From: the human T2T-CHM13v2.0 reference genome, Homo sapiens
Length of the DNA stretch: 64,000 bases
Reading direction: 5' to 3' (one strand)
Assembly (NCBI RefSeq): GCF_009914755.1
Contig: NC_060931.1
Within the stretch, counting starts at the first letter, position 1, and each line of letters opens with the position of its first letter. The notes beneath the pieces were generated by a model, which searched no databases, was not told the DNA's origin, and was given only the letters and a program-made list of their open reading frames with translations. This document shows, one piece after another, positions 25,384-37,917 of the stretch. A program made the translations under genes and the position numbers.

Positions 25384-27029
25384 CCAGTTGGATGGTGAGA
25401 ATAATGGTTGAAGGGTATGTTCAGGATTCCACTTCACTCTTTCTCTCAACTTGTATTTGGACTCCTGGGTTACCTTGAGTGATTGTCTCTTACAGTCACA
25501 TAAATCCCTGCTTGATATATTTTTCTTTTTATCTCTATCTTCTGTGGCCTCTCAGTCTGTTTAAATCTACATTGTTAGCCTCTACCCCAATCAGTCACTG
25601 CCCTGCCATCCTACATACACCATGTCTTTTTTTTCCCTTAAGTCACCACTGAGGGTGGTTGGTGTGCTTTATTTTGTTCTATTGCCATTTGGACATAGAA
25701 GTTCTGGATCTTAATGGGCCAGTCTCTGAGTGGATTACTTAAGACCTACGAAAATAACATGACTCACAGGTTGCTAGTAGTGAAAAAGCATCTGCCTTAT
25801 TATCATGTTCAGAGCTGATTTCAAAGGCAGTTTCTTGTGTCTCTGCCTGAGCTGTGACTATGACATAGGTATCTTAAATATTGTCTTGAGTCTCTGCTAT
25901 AAACGGTTTATTCACTAAGCAGAAACATTGGCTTCTGTAACGCTTGCTCAAAACCAAATGAATATCTTGTACACATGTAAAACCTTAGGGGGATTACTAT
26001 TTAATCATTTTATATTCAATTGTATGTAAATGAGGAGAGGGTTTGAAGTCTTCAGTTGTCCACAAACTGGTAAACTCTCTCTACAAATTGCTTCAAGAAA
26101 ACATTCAAAAAAGATTTTAAAAGTAAAATGATTTTAGAGCCACATATTAACAGAATTTTAAAAATTATGAGCAACATGTTTTAATCATTCTCTATGGGTT
26201 TGCTCATCTGAAAATGGGATGGAATAAGGAAAAGCTGGACTATGAGGTCATTGATATCCTTTCTAGTGCTAAGACCCTATGATAATAAAACACCTTGTGA
26301 GTGTTGCAAAGTATTCAGAGAGCTCAATGTATGTAGCCCATTCACTTTTTCAATTATTTTACATTTTTGAACTGTTGAAATGAATTACTATGTAATAACT
26401 TTTTGTAGTATGTAATAGCTGACTTTATTAGAAACCACCTTATGGTTTCTGGTGAACATTTGCCCATATTGTGAAGTCATCATACAATCTGGCACAGTAG
26501 ACACCTTATATTTGGAGAAATTTAGGACTATGACTGGGTTGCAGGTAATAACTAATATATTTTGGTGAAGAAATGTTTAAATATTTAATCTCATTTTATT
26601 AAAAATCATATATTTACAGTAGACCAGCAAGGTGCTGAAACTATATTTGTTTTGCAACAAAAAGACATCACACTGCCATATTTTTCCCAAACTATAAATC
26701 TATATTGGAGAGCTGTATCTAAAAGGACATAAATAAGTATCTTAATGAGTGATTTTCAATACAAATATACATTCAGGATTTTTTTCCTATCAGGACAACA
26801 CTGTCTTGTCACAATCAGATATGGTAAAGCACACACACACGTCATAATAACATCCATTAAAAATTGGGTCTTTATGCAAACAAAAAGCGAGTGATAGCAT
26901 AATGAAAACCCAGCTATGATGGCACAAAAAGTTCATAATTATACTGATATAAACATGATTATGTTTACATGTCTAGAAATAGAGTGTACCATTTTATTAC
27001 TTATAAGGGTAAGTGACAGAACACTTAAA

Positions 27030-27132
27030 GATACGTTTTGAAAGAGCAAATGCGGTGTTAGCTGCATGACTCCCATTAAAGTCAATGAGAATCACGCCGT
27101 TAAAACACTGTACACCATTTTGAAAAATTATC
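27030..27132. mobile_element. Ancient palindromic MITE-like element, family not assigned
   Basis: Imperfect ~100-bp palindrome centred on TCCCATTAAAGTCAATGAGA with TTTTGAAA-type subterminal motifs. Confidence 0.55.
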
Positions 27133-29599
27133 CCAGAGGGCTCTAATATGGCTTTTTATGAGTTACCCACACAAATCCTTTTATTTTCCAATAGATCTTC
27201 TTTGTGGCAGAATAAGGTAGATGAATTGAAGCATTATTCTTTTAAAAATAAAAGCTATTTCTATAAAAATCTCTGAGACAGTTGACTTATGGTGAGATTC
27301 TTTTTTACTGGATTTCTAATATGAGTGAAGTAATTTTTAATGTATTTTAATGAGAACAAAAAAGTGCATTCAATTGATGAGAATTGCTAAGATATTTTAG
27401 GAATGTGAATTATATTTGTCAATTTAATACAATTCTGCCTATTCTTTTTGAGCTTATGCCACAGCGCTGTTCTAATACTATGAGTTTAACTGTAAAACAA
27501 AGTCCCTGATCTTTTAAGTAGTTTATATTTAGTGAGAGTGAAGAAGACATAATAAATGGATTGAAAAGAGAAATAGGTATTGTTTGAATATTCCATTAGT
27601 CATAAAGTCAAAAATTTTCTATTTAAATGAGATTTAATGACCAGCTATTTTGCAAAATATATTATTTTAATAATCAATTCTTATTTTAATATTTAGCCAA
27701 AAATATTTTTATTTTACAGCAGAGGTGCTAACACCTAGAGTACTTAAAATATTCAACCAGAATCAGACGCAGGCCAGAGTTTATATGTACCTAATGTCAC
27801 CTAATACGAGGCCAGTGTTTTAAAAACAATTTTGAAACAGCATGTAACATAAAAGTACAATTAAAACTGTATAGAACAAGAATTTAAAGCATAAGATTCC
27901 ATGAATGGTATGATAAGGACAGGAGTGAGGTAAATATTAATAAAATGGAAACATGAATACCTGTGAGAGAAGAGGAAGAATTAAAATATGAATGAAATAA
28001 AAATAAGACTTTGAAGAATAAATAATTTTAAGTGAAAAGTTTTGATTTATAATTTTTCTTTCTTTTGTTAATTAGTCCAGAAATTATTTGGGGTGGTGGA
28101 ACAGTCTACATCAGTGCTGTGTTTGTTACAGGCTTTGCATTTTCACATTTTAAGAGAACTTTAGAAAGGAGGCCCTGATTGAGGGAACTTCACATCAGAA
28201 AAGATGCGAAGAATAACTATTGTTAACAGTTACAAGGAAGAGTCTAAGAGTGACCAGAAGATGATGTACACACAAATTTTATGAATCCAATTAGGTACAT
28301 AAAGATAAGCCATTCGTATGAAGAAAACCAGAGGGATATTTTATGGTAAATAGGAATCACAGTTACTTATACAATTAATAAGGATTGTCTTTGGCTTCTA
28401 AATGAATCAAATCATGAGCCTAGAGTTTACCAAAGAAACTTTTTGTTTTTATTTTTCATGACTCTCTACAACTCCAGGCAAATTTTTGTAGAGCTAACAG
28501 GCTCTATACTGCACGTCTATCACTTTTTTTGTCTATCTTTTTTTTGAGTGCATTTCCTATTCTTAAATGATTGATAAAAATTGTTAAATAAGGCAAATAC
28601 TGTACGTGCTACAGTGTAATGAGGCCTGTCAAGCAGGGGCAATACTGCTCATCATGATATTAAAATTAAATGTAGCATTTTTTAAATCTTTAACATAAAT
28701 AAAGAAGTTATTTCTCTGGACCACTGCATTTTCCATAAACTCAATGTTCTGTATAAGTCACTGTCATAGGATATATTTTATTTTGAGGCAACCCAGTCAT
28801 TTTTCTCCATAAATAACTACCAAATCAAGTATCATTTATCTAAAAATTATGTCTTCTAAGGTCTATGATATGCAAAAGATACTAGTTAGAGGGGGCTAAC
28901 TGTAGTTCTAGTAACTTATGCGTGCCTTTTGAGATGACACACTTATTTTCCTTCAGATATGCAGCTAATGGCTCTGGTTTAAAGGCTAATTGGGACAGTA
29001 TATCTTTAGGAACAACTCGGAGGTTATGGTTTGAAACTCAGGATTCTGGCTAAGGTTATCTAAAATATTCCTTTAGAATTATGTGGAAGAACAATGAATG
29101 AGAAGCTTTCAGAATCAGGAAGTCAGAGGACAATAATACAGGGAAAACAGTTGTTTATGTTAATAATCATATAAAGTATTTTAAGGGAGTGTCCTCTTAC
29201 ATATTATGATTTGACATTATGTCCCACATTTCATTCAAAAATGAAAAGTTTTGCAGGCAAATAAACACTATTAAATCATAAAATATGTAATATGAAATGT
29301 CAGGCATATTATTGGGTGGTTTTTCCATCCCTGAATGTGGTTTCTTATTTGATCTGGATAAAGACCTTTGGAGAAAGCCTCATTTTGAATGTTAAAAATT
29401 CAAACTCAGGAATATGATTTATCTGATGTAATGCAGCTAAAATAAAGCAAAGCTAAGACAACTGAAATATTTTTAGAAATTTCAAATCTTTTTGTACTCC
29501 CTATTCTGCCTAATCAGGTAGGGTATGGGATATAAGAGAATGAAAAAAACAAAAACAAAAACAAAAACAAAAAAACATGAGGGCAAGTGTAAGTAATGC

Positions 29600-29672
29600 A
29601 AATTTTCTTTAAAATTTTTCTTTAAAATTTTCCCTTAAAATCCTTCTTTAAAATTTTTCCTTAAAATCCTTC
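29600..29672. repeat. Degenerate ~12-13-bp tandem repeat (AAAATTTTTCTTT), about 5-6 copies
   Basis: Directly visible in sequence. Confidence 0.85.
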
Positions 29673-30200
29673 TATTTCTATGTTTATTGGCATAAATTTG
29701 GGAGCCTCAAAGCCTGGAAGAGTAGTAGCCTGAGCACAAAGTATGGTGTTATAGAGGATATTGGGTGTAAGCATATGACAGTTGTTTTAGATTACGGTCT
29801 TAAATTGGGAAGAGCAGTGAAGGTTGACACAGCTTCCTGGTGTAGATGACAAAAGACATGAGTATATAAGACACAAGAGGGAAAGAGTAGAGAAAAAAAG
29901 AGCAAGAGTTTGAAGAATATATTTTGTAGAAAGTCCGCATTTAAGGAATAGCAATGAGGAAAAACAAAACAAAAAAACACCTAACAATCTTGCTTAAATA
30001 ACATAGGAAATCTTTCCATGCCATTATTGTTCTCTCTTCCATCATAACCCAAATTTCTCCTATTTCATCCTTTCTATGATCCAACCAGCTAAATAACCTT
30101 GCTATTCCTTACCTTAGTTTTCTCAATTTTATGCCATTTTTATGCTATCAGAGTGTCTTACTGAATCCTCTCACATTTAATATTTGTGGGAAGTTCGGAG

Positions 30201-30430
30201 TAGTTGTTCTCAAACAGGAGGGGACATTTGCCCCACCCACCCTGGGACACCTGTCAATGTCTAGACATCTTTAGTTGTCATAATTTGGGGGAGGGAGGTG
30301 TCTGCAATTGGCATTTGGTGGATAGAGGCAAGAGATGCTGCTAAACATCCTACAATGAACAAAGTAGCTTCATACAACAAAGAATTGTACATCCCCAAAT
30401 TGCAATAGTGTCAAGGTTGAAAAGTCCTGG
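30201..30430 (+). mobile_element. MER20 hAT-Charlie element
   Basis: GTTGTTCTCAA...GGGACA...CAATGTCTAGACAT...GATGCTGCTAAACATCCTACAATG...CAATAGTGTCAAGGTTGAAAAGTCCTGG. Confidence 0.92.
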
Positions 30431-32809
30431 TTTAGATAGAGACGTGCCAAATAACTCCCAGTTTGGGTGCTGCTTTCCTAGGAAGAGAAGGAGCTAATAA
30501 GTTAATAGGTAAGGAAAGGCCCACATAGAGATTTAGTTCCTAGCTTTAATGGCACAAGAGCTAGCTGGCGAGACCCATTTAACAAATACATGTGAGCTAC
30601 AGAGATAATTGTGATAATGATGTATTGTCTTGTGTCCTCTTATGAAGCTGACTTGTCAAGGGTTTTCTTTTACTCCTTTTTTTTTTGTTGTTGTTGTTGT
30701 ACACAATTTTTTTGACTTAAGCAGGATTGACTTTGAAATAAAACCCAACATGTTTTCCAGTTGATTTTGATTTAAAGGAGGCCTTTCGTAGAGTGCCTCA
30801 GGGTATGCTGGCTATGGCTATTTATCTTTATCCGGGGTAGTTTATGTATTTTAAGAAAATGATGAATGGAAGCTTTAAAAAAACTCATTATGGTAATTGA
30901 TTATTATAGAAAAACCTTGGGAACTTTACAAAAGAGAACTGTATTCTCTTGGTATCTTAGCTTTAAACCAGACGTGTAATTAGAAGAATCTATAAACATT
31001 TGTCACAGTAAGAGAAGCCTGGTCACTAAGTTTGGAGGGAAACTCTGGAGTCACTTTATTGTACTGCACTGAGATGACACACAGTAGTGGTTGTTACATA
31101 TAACAGGAGATTAATATGCCCTGTGAAATAAAAGACCACCCGCGTGGAACCAACGTAAAAAGTAGTGATAGAAAAACTTGGTTCATTTCTTTAGAAAGGT
31201 TGAATGTTATTCTTTCCTTATAGTGTCTCAACATCTGTGAACAGAAAAAAATGTTAGTTAAAATGCCATTGCCATTTAAACAATTACTGTTTACTGTTGT
31301 TTTCTATTTTCTTAAAACTTAAAGAAATAAAACCATGAACTGAGAACATTATATAAATATACCCGTGCTTACACACTGTCCCCACATACACCCACCTACC
31401 CCATCACACAATTACCTACATTCTTATTCCTAAGAAAGTCGGAATCTAAACACCATCTATGGGGAGATACCAGTTGTTGATTTTTTTCTTACACAGAACA
31501 GTGTTCATATCACTGAAGATTAAGAAATGACTATGGAGAAGGCCAAATTTGTTCAGCATTAGAAAATAAGAAATGCAGTTTTCTTACAATGGTTGGGATG
31601 ATGATATGTAATAATATAGTACTCTGCAATTTTTACTCTTTAAGACTTCATAAGGGGAGTTGAAGAACATATCTTCATTTTTCTAGCCATCTTGAACCAA
31701 TGCGACTCCTCCTAAATGGAAGCAACCTGGGTCTCACTCAATCCTGTCCTCAGCCACTGGAGGAAAATTCTTTCAAAACCCCTTCAGGGCCTCCCATTTA
31801 TAAGACTTAAAACTTGTCATCACCACATGCTGCTATAACTCCGCCAGGTAGGCGGCATATGGGCTCCTGCAAATCTCATCTCTAACCATCTGTGTAGAAC
31901 TCTCTCCAATGTGCGTTTTCTCCTGGATCTAAAAAAACAACTCAAGTTACAGCCCTGAGAGCCTTATGCCTCCTAGAAAATTCTGGTCACGTGGTTAGAT
32001 TTAGAGTAGAGAATTCTGGAATCCAAGTAATCTTCTCCCAAGGTGAAAGTTCAGAATGTGAGGGACTGGTACTATATCCTCCAATACACATGAAAAATAT
32101 CATGGATAGGTAGAATTGCCTTCAACAGATGCCAGGAGAACTTCTCAGGGACATGCCCTACCGAGTGCAGAGCAATAAGACTGGGGCTAACATCATCAGG
32201 AACTGTAAACAATTCAGTTTCTTCAAACTACCAGCTTCAGGGAAAAATCATCACAACCATGTTCCTTAAATCTGTCATCTTTGGCTACCTTTTCAAGTGC
32301 AAACCTCCTGGCTAGCTATCATATAATGTACTGATAAAACCCCTCCTACAACTGTTTAATTCCTTATTATTTTTTTTCCTTTTACTACTGACCTCCTTCC
32401 AGTGACTATTTTCTATGGACCTTTCTGAAATTATTAGTTCATTAAAACCAAACTCTCCTATCTCTCATTCCTCTTCCTGCCATCCATCTATGTCTTTTAT
32501 TTTAAATCAAACACTGGCTGTAAATCAAGGACACTACGTTCTCTGAAGCCTTCTTAAGCATAGACTGATCATTGCCTCAAAACCTACAGCTTATGGGTTT
32601 TGTGTATGGTAAAGGCAATGTCTTAGCTTGATGATGTTTATCTATCCTGTTACTACTCAAGAATGCTCCAACCTTCACAGGTTCTGTGAATTTTGATTAA
32701 TGTACATAATTTGCATTTGCTATTGTTGAGTTTTTTTGTGTGCTTGTTTTAAATAGAATATTTTGTGAGACTTTTGAGAGCAATCAGGCATTTGGGATTG
32801 GAGCAGGGT

Positions 32810-32940
32810 ACAACTTTCAAACATTCATACCATTAATATTTGTTAAGTACTTGTTATACTTGAGATGATGTTGTAGGTATTGGGAATCTATTGGAAACAA
32901 AACAGAAAAATCTCTGCCCTCATGGAGCTTATATTCTGAT
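32810..32940 (-). mobile_element. L2 3' end
   Basis: ATATTTGTTAAGTACT...AAACAAAACAGA...CTCTGCCCTCATGGAGCTTATATTCT. Confidence 0.75.
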
Positions 32941-33252
32941 CAACTTGCTGGGAAGTCAGCCTGACATCAGTGTCCCCTTCCTTCCTGCCTCATTCACAGA
33001 GACTTAGGAATGTCCAGGGCAATAAAAGGTTATGCTTTTGTGCACAGTTCTGAAGGACGATCAAGGGAACATTCTCTGCTTTTGGATGCTTTCATTAGTA
33101 GTATGAGACACCCCTGTGCCGTAGGATGGTTATATTGCTTTAATTTCATTCTCTTCAAGTTTGATGCCAAAAGTTTTACATTTCTAGAATGGTCCAAGAA
33201 CATACAAAAAGTTGACAGCCACTGCTCCAGCTCTTTTTTTTTTTTTGTACTT

Positions 33253-33618
33253 TGTATTAGTTTGTTTTCACGTTGCTGATAAAGACATACTTGAGGAGAC
33301 TGGGCAATTTACAAAAGAAATGTTTATTGGACTTACAGTTCCATGAGGCCTCACAATCATAGCGGAAGGTGAAAGGCAAGGAGGAGCAAGTCACATCTTG
33401 CATGGATGGCAGCAGCTAAAAGAGACCTTGTGCAGGGAACTCCCATTTTTAAAATCATCAGACCTTGTGAGACTCATTCATTATCATGACAACAGCACAG
33501 GAAAGACCCACCCTCATAATTCAATCACCTTCCACTGGGTTCTTCCCATGACAAGTGGGAATTGTAGGAATTATAATTCAAGATGAGATTTGGGTTGAGA
33601 CACAGCCAAACCATATCA
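33253..33618 (-). mobile_element. THE1C-like solo LTR
   Basis: TGTATTAGTTTGTTTTCACGTTGCTGATAAAGACATAC...GACACAGCCAAACCATATCA; perfect TSD TACTT at 33248-33252 and 33619-33623. Confidence 0.95.
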
Positions 33619-33704
33619 TACTTCATCATTACATTTTCAAAAACCTATTCTTTCTTTGTGGTTGATAGCATAAATATACATCTCAGCTTGAAAGAGACAT
33701 CCTA

Positions 33705-33925
33705 AGAGGCAGGTGAGAGCAATGCTTGGGAGTATGAACTTTGAAGTCAAACAGCTGTGCGATGTTCAGCAAGGGAGTTAACTTCTCTAGACCTCAGTTT
33801 ACTTATCTTTAAAGGGAATGTAATACCACTTCCTTCCTCCAGGGTTGTAGTGAAGTTTGAACGAGTTAGTACATATTTCAGTGCTAAGAAATCTGTGCAT
33901 CAGAGGCCCTCAATAAAGTGCTAAA
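33705..33925 (+). mobile_element. MIR
   Basis: TTAACTTCTCTAGACCTCAGTTTACTTATCT...AGGGTTGTAGTGAAG...CTCAATAAA. Confidence 0.75.
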
Positions 33926-33934
33926 AAGTCTCGA

Positions 33935-34310
33935 TTTTTCCCCTCTTCCAGCTCTGCTTCTCCTCGGTCTTTATGAAAGGCAGCACAATGAACTCAGTTG
34001 CTCAGGCCAGAAACCTATGAGTCATGCTTGACTCAACACTTTGCTCAGACATGACTTCCAATCCTTCAGCAAGACTTGTTCCATCTCTGAGTACTTCTCC
34101 CATTACTACCACCGACTATTGTTTCCCATCTAGGATTTCTGCAATTGCTTTGTAGCTGCTCTTCCTGCTCTTATAATTCATTAGGCGTATAGAATTCAGA
34201 GCAATATTTTAAAAATATAAGTTAAAATTACATCATTCATTCTCTTCTTTAAAACATTACAATGCTGTCCAGTGACAATCAGAATAAAATCCCAAGTCTT
34301 TGTTACAGCT
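33935..34310 (+). mobile_element. L2 fragment
   Basis: CAGTTGCTCAGGCCAGAAACCTATGAGTCATGCTTGACTC...TCAGAATAAAATCCCAAGTC. Confidence 0.75.
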
Positions 34311-34319
34311 TCCTTTCTT

Positions 34320-35580
34320 CCATAATTCATCTTTAGAAATTCTTAAATCAAGGATCTATAGGTGGTAAATAGTCTTATTCTGCAGATCTACTCTTTAAAT
34401 TTTTCATTCTCAAATTTCATTATGATGTATATTTATTTTCATCTATATTCCTTATGACTTACATTTCTCAAGTATGAGGAGTCCTTTTTAATTGGGTAAA
34501 AACTTCTGTCATTGCCTCAGAATAAGGATAATGTCAATATCTGCTATTTTCTCCTTCAAGAAGTACATTTATGTTTACACTGCACTTCAATTTGCACCCC
34601 TATGTTTTAACTTCTCCTTGAATTTTTCTATCTTTTTATTTCTCTGTGCTGCATTCTGAGAAATGTGCTCAGTAATATTTTCGTATATAATTTATCTCCT
34701 TGTGTCCAGTCTGTTGTTAATGTATGCATTGAATTTTCAAGTCGCTATGTTTGTTTTTTCCAAAAATTTGAGTTGATTATTTAAAACATCTGTGTGTTCT
34801 ATGTAGGTAGTCTTAATCCTTTCTTGTGGTTTGATTACTTTTAGGACTTCATTTATGTTATACTAATTTTTATAGCATTTTCCTAGTAGTTATATTAAGT
34901 TGTTTGGAGTCTAATTCTACTGTGGGTGACGTCTACTGTTGTACTCTCAGATGTTTTGTAATTTCAGGTTGTGAGTGTATATTCAATGGAGTATTCATGA
35001 AGTGAAGCCATGTTTTTCCAAAAGGTAATTTGGTTGCTTCTGCTAGCTATACTAGGGTTTCAGCAGGGCCCTCGTGCAATTTTTATGTAAATGTTTAAGC
35101 TTAGGGATTTGGATACCATGCAGGTAATATAAAATCTATCTCCACAGTCATGAGAGATACAGTTCTATGATAACATTCTCAGGGAAATATTTTTGTTTCA
35201 TTCAAGCCCAGTTTGAAATAGAGAATTCTTGTGGTCTCCTTGTGTTGATTTTTTTCCCCCAATTCACCATTTTATTAGGCATGTAGACTTTTGGGATTTA
35301 GTGCAAGGGGTCTTGATCATCATATTTTAACTTTTGCAAGCCTAAGGTTTTGTTGCTGTCCTTTTCTGAACATTAAAAGTCAAGCCTCTGGATTACCTTG
35401 TGCAAAATATCCTCCAAAAACAGCCACATTATCAATTCTAATTTGCTGTTTCTTCTCATTTTTGGTTCTTGGTGATTTTCTTTTTTTAAATTTTAATCTT
35501 TTCAGCCATGGATTTTTGTTCATTTGATTCTTTGCTTGCAAAGGTCTTTCCAACGTTTACAGGTATTTGGTAATGGAAGT
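34320..35580 (-). mobile_element. Very old L1ME/HAL1-like fragment
   Basis: T-rich antisense L1 texture (GGTGGTAAATAGTCTTA; TTTCTCTGTGCTGCATTCTG); boundaries approximate. Confidence 0.5.
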
Positions 35581-36519
35581 GATTGTATGGCATGTCGTAT
35601 TTCAAAAGTTTGAATTCGATTGTTTACAGATGTTCTTTCTCCCACTTACCATATCTACTCCACTCATTTTAAATTAGCATTTCACTCATTTTATACCCCA
35701 TCTGATATTAGAAGTTAGTCAAATTTTTGTCAAGCCCTACATATTTCTCCATCTGTGCTATTCTACATATCAAAAAATTATTCTCTTGCTTTTCTTTTTT
35801 TCTTTTTATCATATTATTTATAAAATCAGAAGTAAAAGATAAATACAAGATGATTTGTACCTTATTCAGAAAAGGCTAATGTTTTCACTTTTACTTGCTG
35901 TTATTTGTGACTTTCATTGAATCAATAATTAATCCAAATTTTATCATTTCAAATGGTATATGAACTGAAGTCTTTTTTATTTTTTAATGTTTCATTATGG
36001 GAAATTCTACACGTACACACAAGTAAAGCTGGAGTCTTCATGGCTATTCTTATGTTTGTCTTGAAGTCAAAATAAAATAAACTTAAGGTTGAGATTTCAT
36101 AAGTTTATAATCTAAACTGTTTCACATGTTCTAGTTCATAAATCTTTACCTTAGATTTAAAAAAGAACAGGAAGACTAATCTGTTTACAGTGAAATTTCT
36201 TGAGGACAAGAATTTATCTTTCATTAGAGCAACTAATGAGATTCTGACATCATACCGGCTCTCGAAGATAATTTTACACTTAAACTAGCTTGTTTGGTAT
36301 TAAATGCTGGTCTTATTGAGCTCAAGCTATGTCAGGATCCAGAGCTATAGACTATCTTTCTCATGTTAGGTTTTAGGCTTGATTTGGGACTCTCTCCCAC
36401 TACCCTCACGCTCGATTTTCCCTTTACTTATAACATTGTATGATATTATTTTTCAAGCTTACATATTTTGGAGATTTTCTGTTCAGTCTTCCCACAAAAG
36501 AAGCTAAAAACTGTTGTTT

Positions 36520-36770
36520 TCAATGCTCAAATCTATATTAAGCACTTATTACAATAAAGAGATATATTTTCAATTCCCGTTCACATACGTGATTATGTTT
36601 GCTTCTGACAACCGTATGTGAAGTTAACAGACCAGGAATTCTCCCATTTCACTGGATGAGAAAACTGATGCTCATGGGGATCATGTAACTTGGGAAAGTT
36701 CTCAGGGTTTTTAAAGGCACATCTGATAATTAGACCTAGACATTCTGACTCTAGTTCCAATGTTCCTCTC
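36520..36770 (-). mobile_element. MIR
   Basis: CTCCCATTTCACTGGATGAGAAAACTGATGCTCA...TAACTTG...TTCTGACTC. Confidence 0.75.
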
Positions 36771-37907
36771 ATTTATTTTTCTCAATGCTGTTTTCTTTTG
36801 TATAAGCCACTGAGGCTTATGCACTGTGAGCAAGATAAATAAGAGACTCCTTTTGTTAAAAGGAGTTCACTATCTAATTGTGAGATATAGATTGGACTGA
36901 TTAAGATTTAAATAACTATGTGTCAAGTAATACAGGACACGATGAGTATCAAATCTGCAATACACAGTGAGTGCTTGCTTATGCAAATAAGTGAAATCAA
37001 GAGATAATCAGAAAATGTCTCATAACAGAGGTGGGAATGGGGCTGAGCATTGCAGACGAGTTTGGGGTGCTCAAGAAGGACAGGGGGTTGAATAATAGGG
37101 AAGTTGGGAGAGACTAATGTGCAGAACCTGGAGGTACAGGAATACTTAGGTAAAAATGAACCTCTGTGATTACAGTAGAAAGATTGATGGCAAATAATAC
37201 CTAATTGTATGCCATCAGTTCTGCTTCCATGTTTGCACACAGTTCCTGGAGAACTAACTGATATTACCTGAATGGTAATTGTGTACATGGATATCTTATC
37301 CTGAACAATCTATCTAATAATTGAACCCACAAATTTGAAATAACAGAAATAAATGTGAGGCTATGATCAGGTGTAAAAAAGCTCCTTGTTTACTTAGAAA
37401 GAGTACAGAAACGGTTACATTTTCATAGTACCTATTATCTGTAAGAGTGTTGATTTCTTTATGCACTGAGAAAACCAGTGGCATTTGGTATTCGCTAAGA
37501 AGAAAAGGGGCCTTTTACAATTCCAAATCTGCACACTAGATTATCATGTTAGACAGCTCTCAGGGATCCTGTGCATAATCAGCAGGTGATCACTTCCATT
37601 TTCGAGGCACCAAAGTCAGAAGAAATACACTTTTGCAAATACATTTGGAGTCATAATTAAACTCCTGTTGCCACAATAGGCTGTGCCTATTTCATATCAC
37701 ATACATGTGATTAATTCAAAGAAATGAAAAATGTCAACATACAAGTCAAAACTCACACTTACAGCTTTTTGCTATTCTGAGATGACATCTGAAAATGAGC
37801 AGTTTGGAGTAAGAATTTTTCCATTAACATTGCTGATCAGCATGTGCTATCAATTCTCCATTGATGTCAATTATTAGCAGTTGCTATGAGTTTTCCATTA
37901 ATTTTAA

Positions 37908-37917
37908 TGATTGACAG
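37908..37917 (+). promoter_or_regulatory. PBX-MEIS/PREP decamer TGATTGACAG in unique sequence
   Basis: Exact match to the established TALE heterodimer motif; function unproven. Confidence 0.45.

Noticed and set aside
30482-30508. Possible 27-nt micro-exon ending TAG|GTAAGG
   Set aside because: Weak pyrimidine tract, very short, and no other support.
31842-31857. CCGCCAGGTAGGCGGC as a second CTCF site
   Set aside because: An extra base breaks the core spacing.
31700-32620. More GC-balanced stretch that looked coding-like
   Set aside because: No ORF is present; 32500-32600 resembles a decayed L2 endonuclease region, but too weakly to call.
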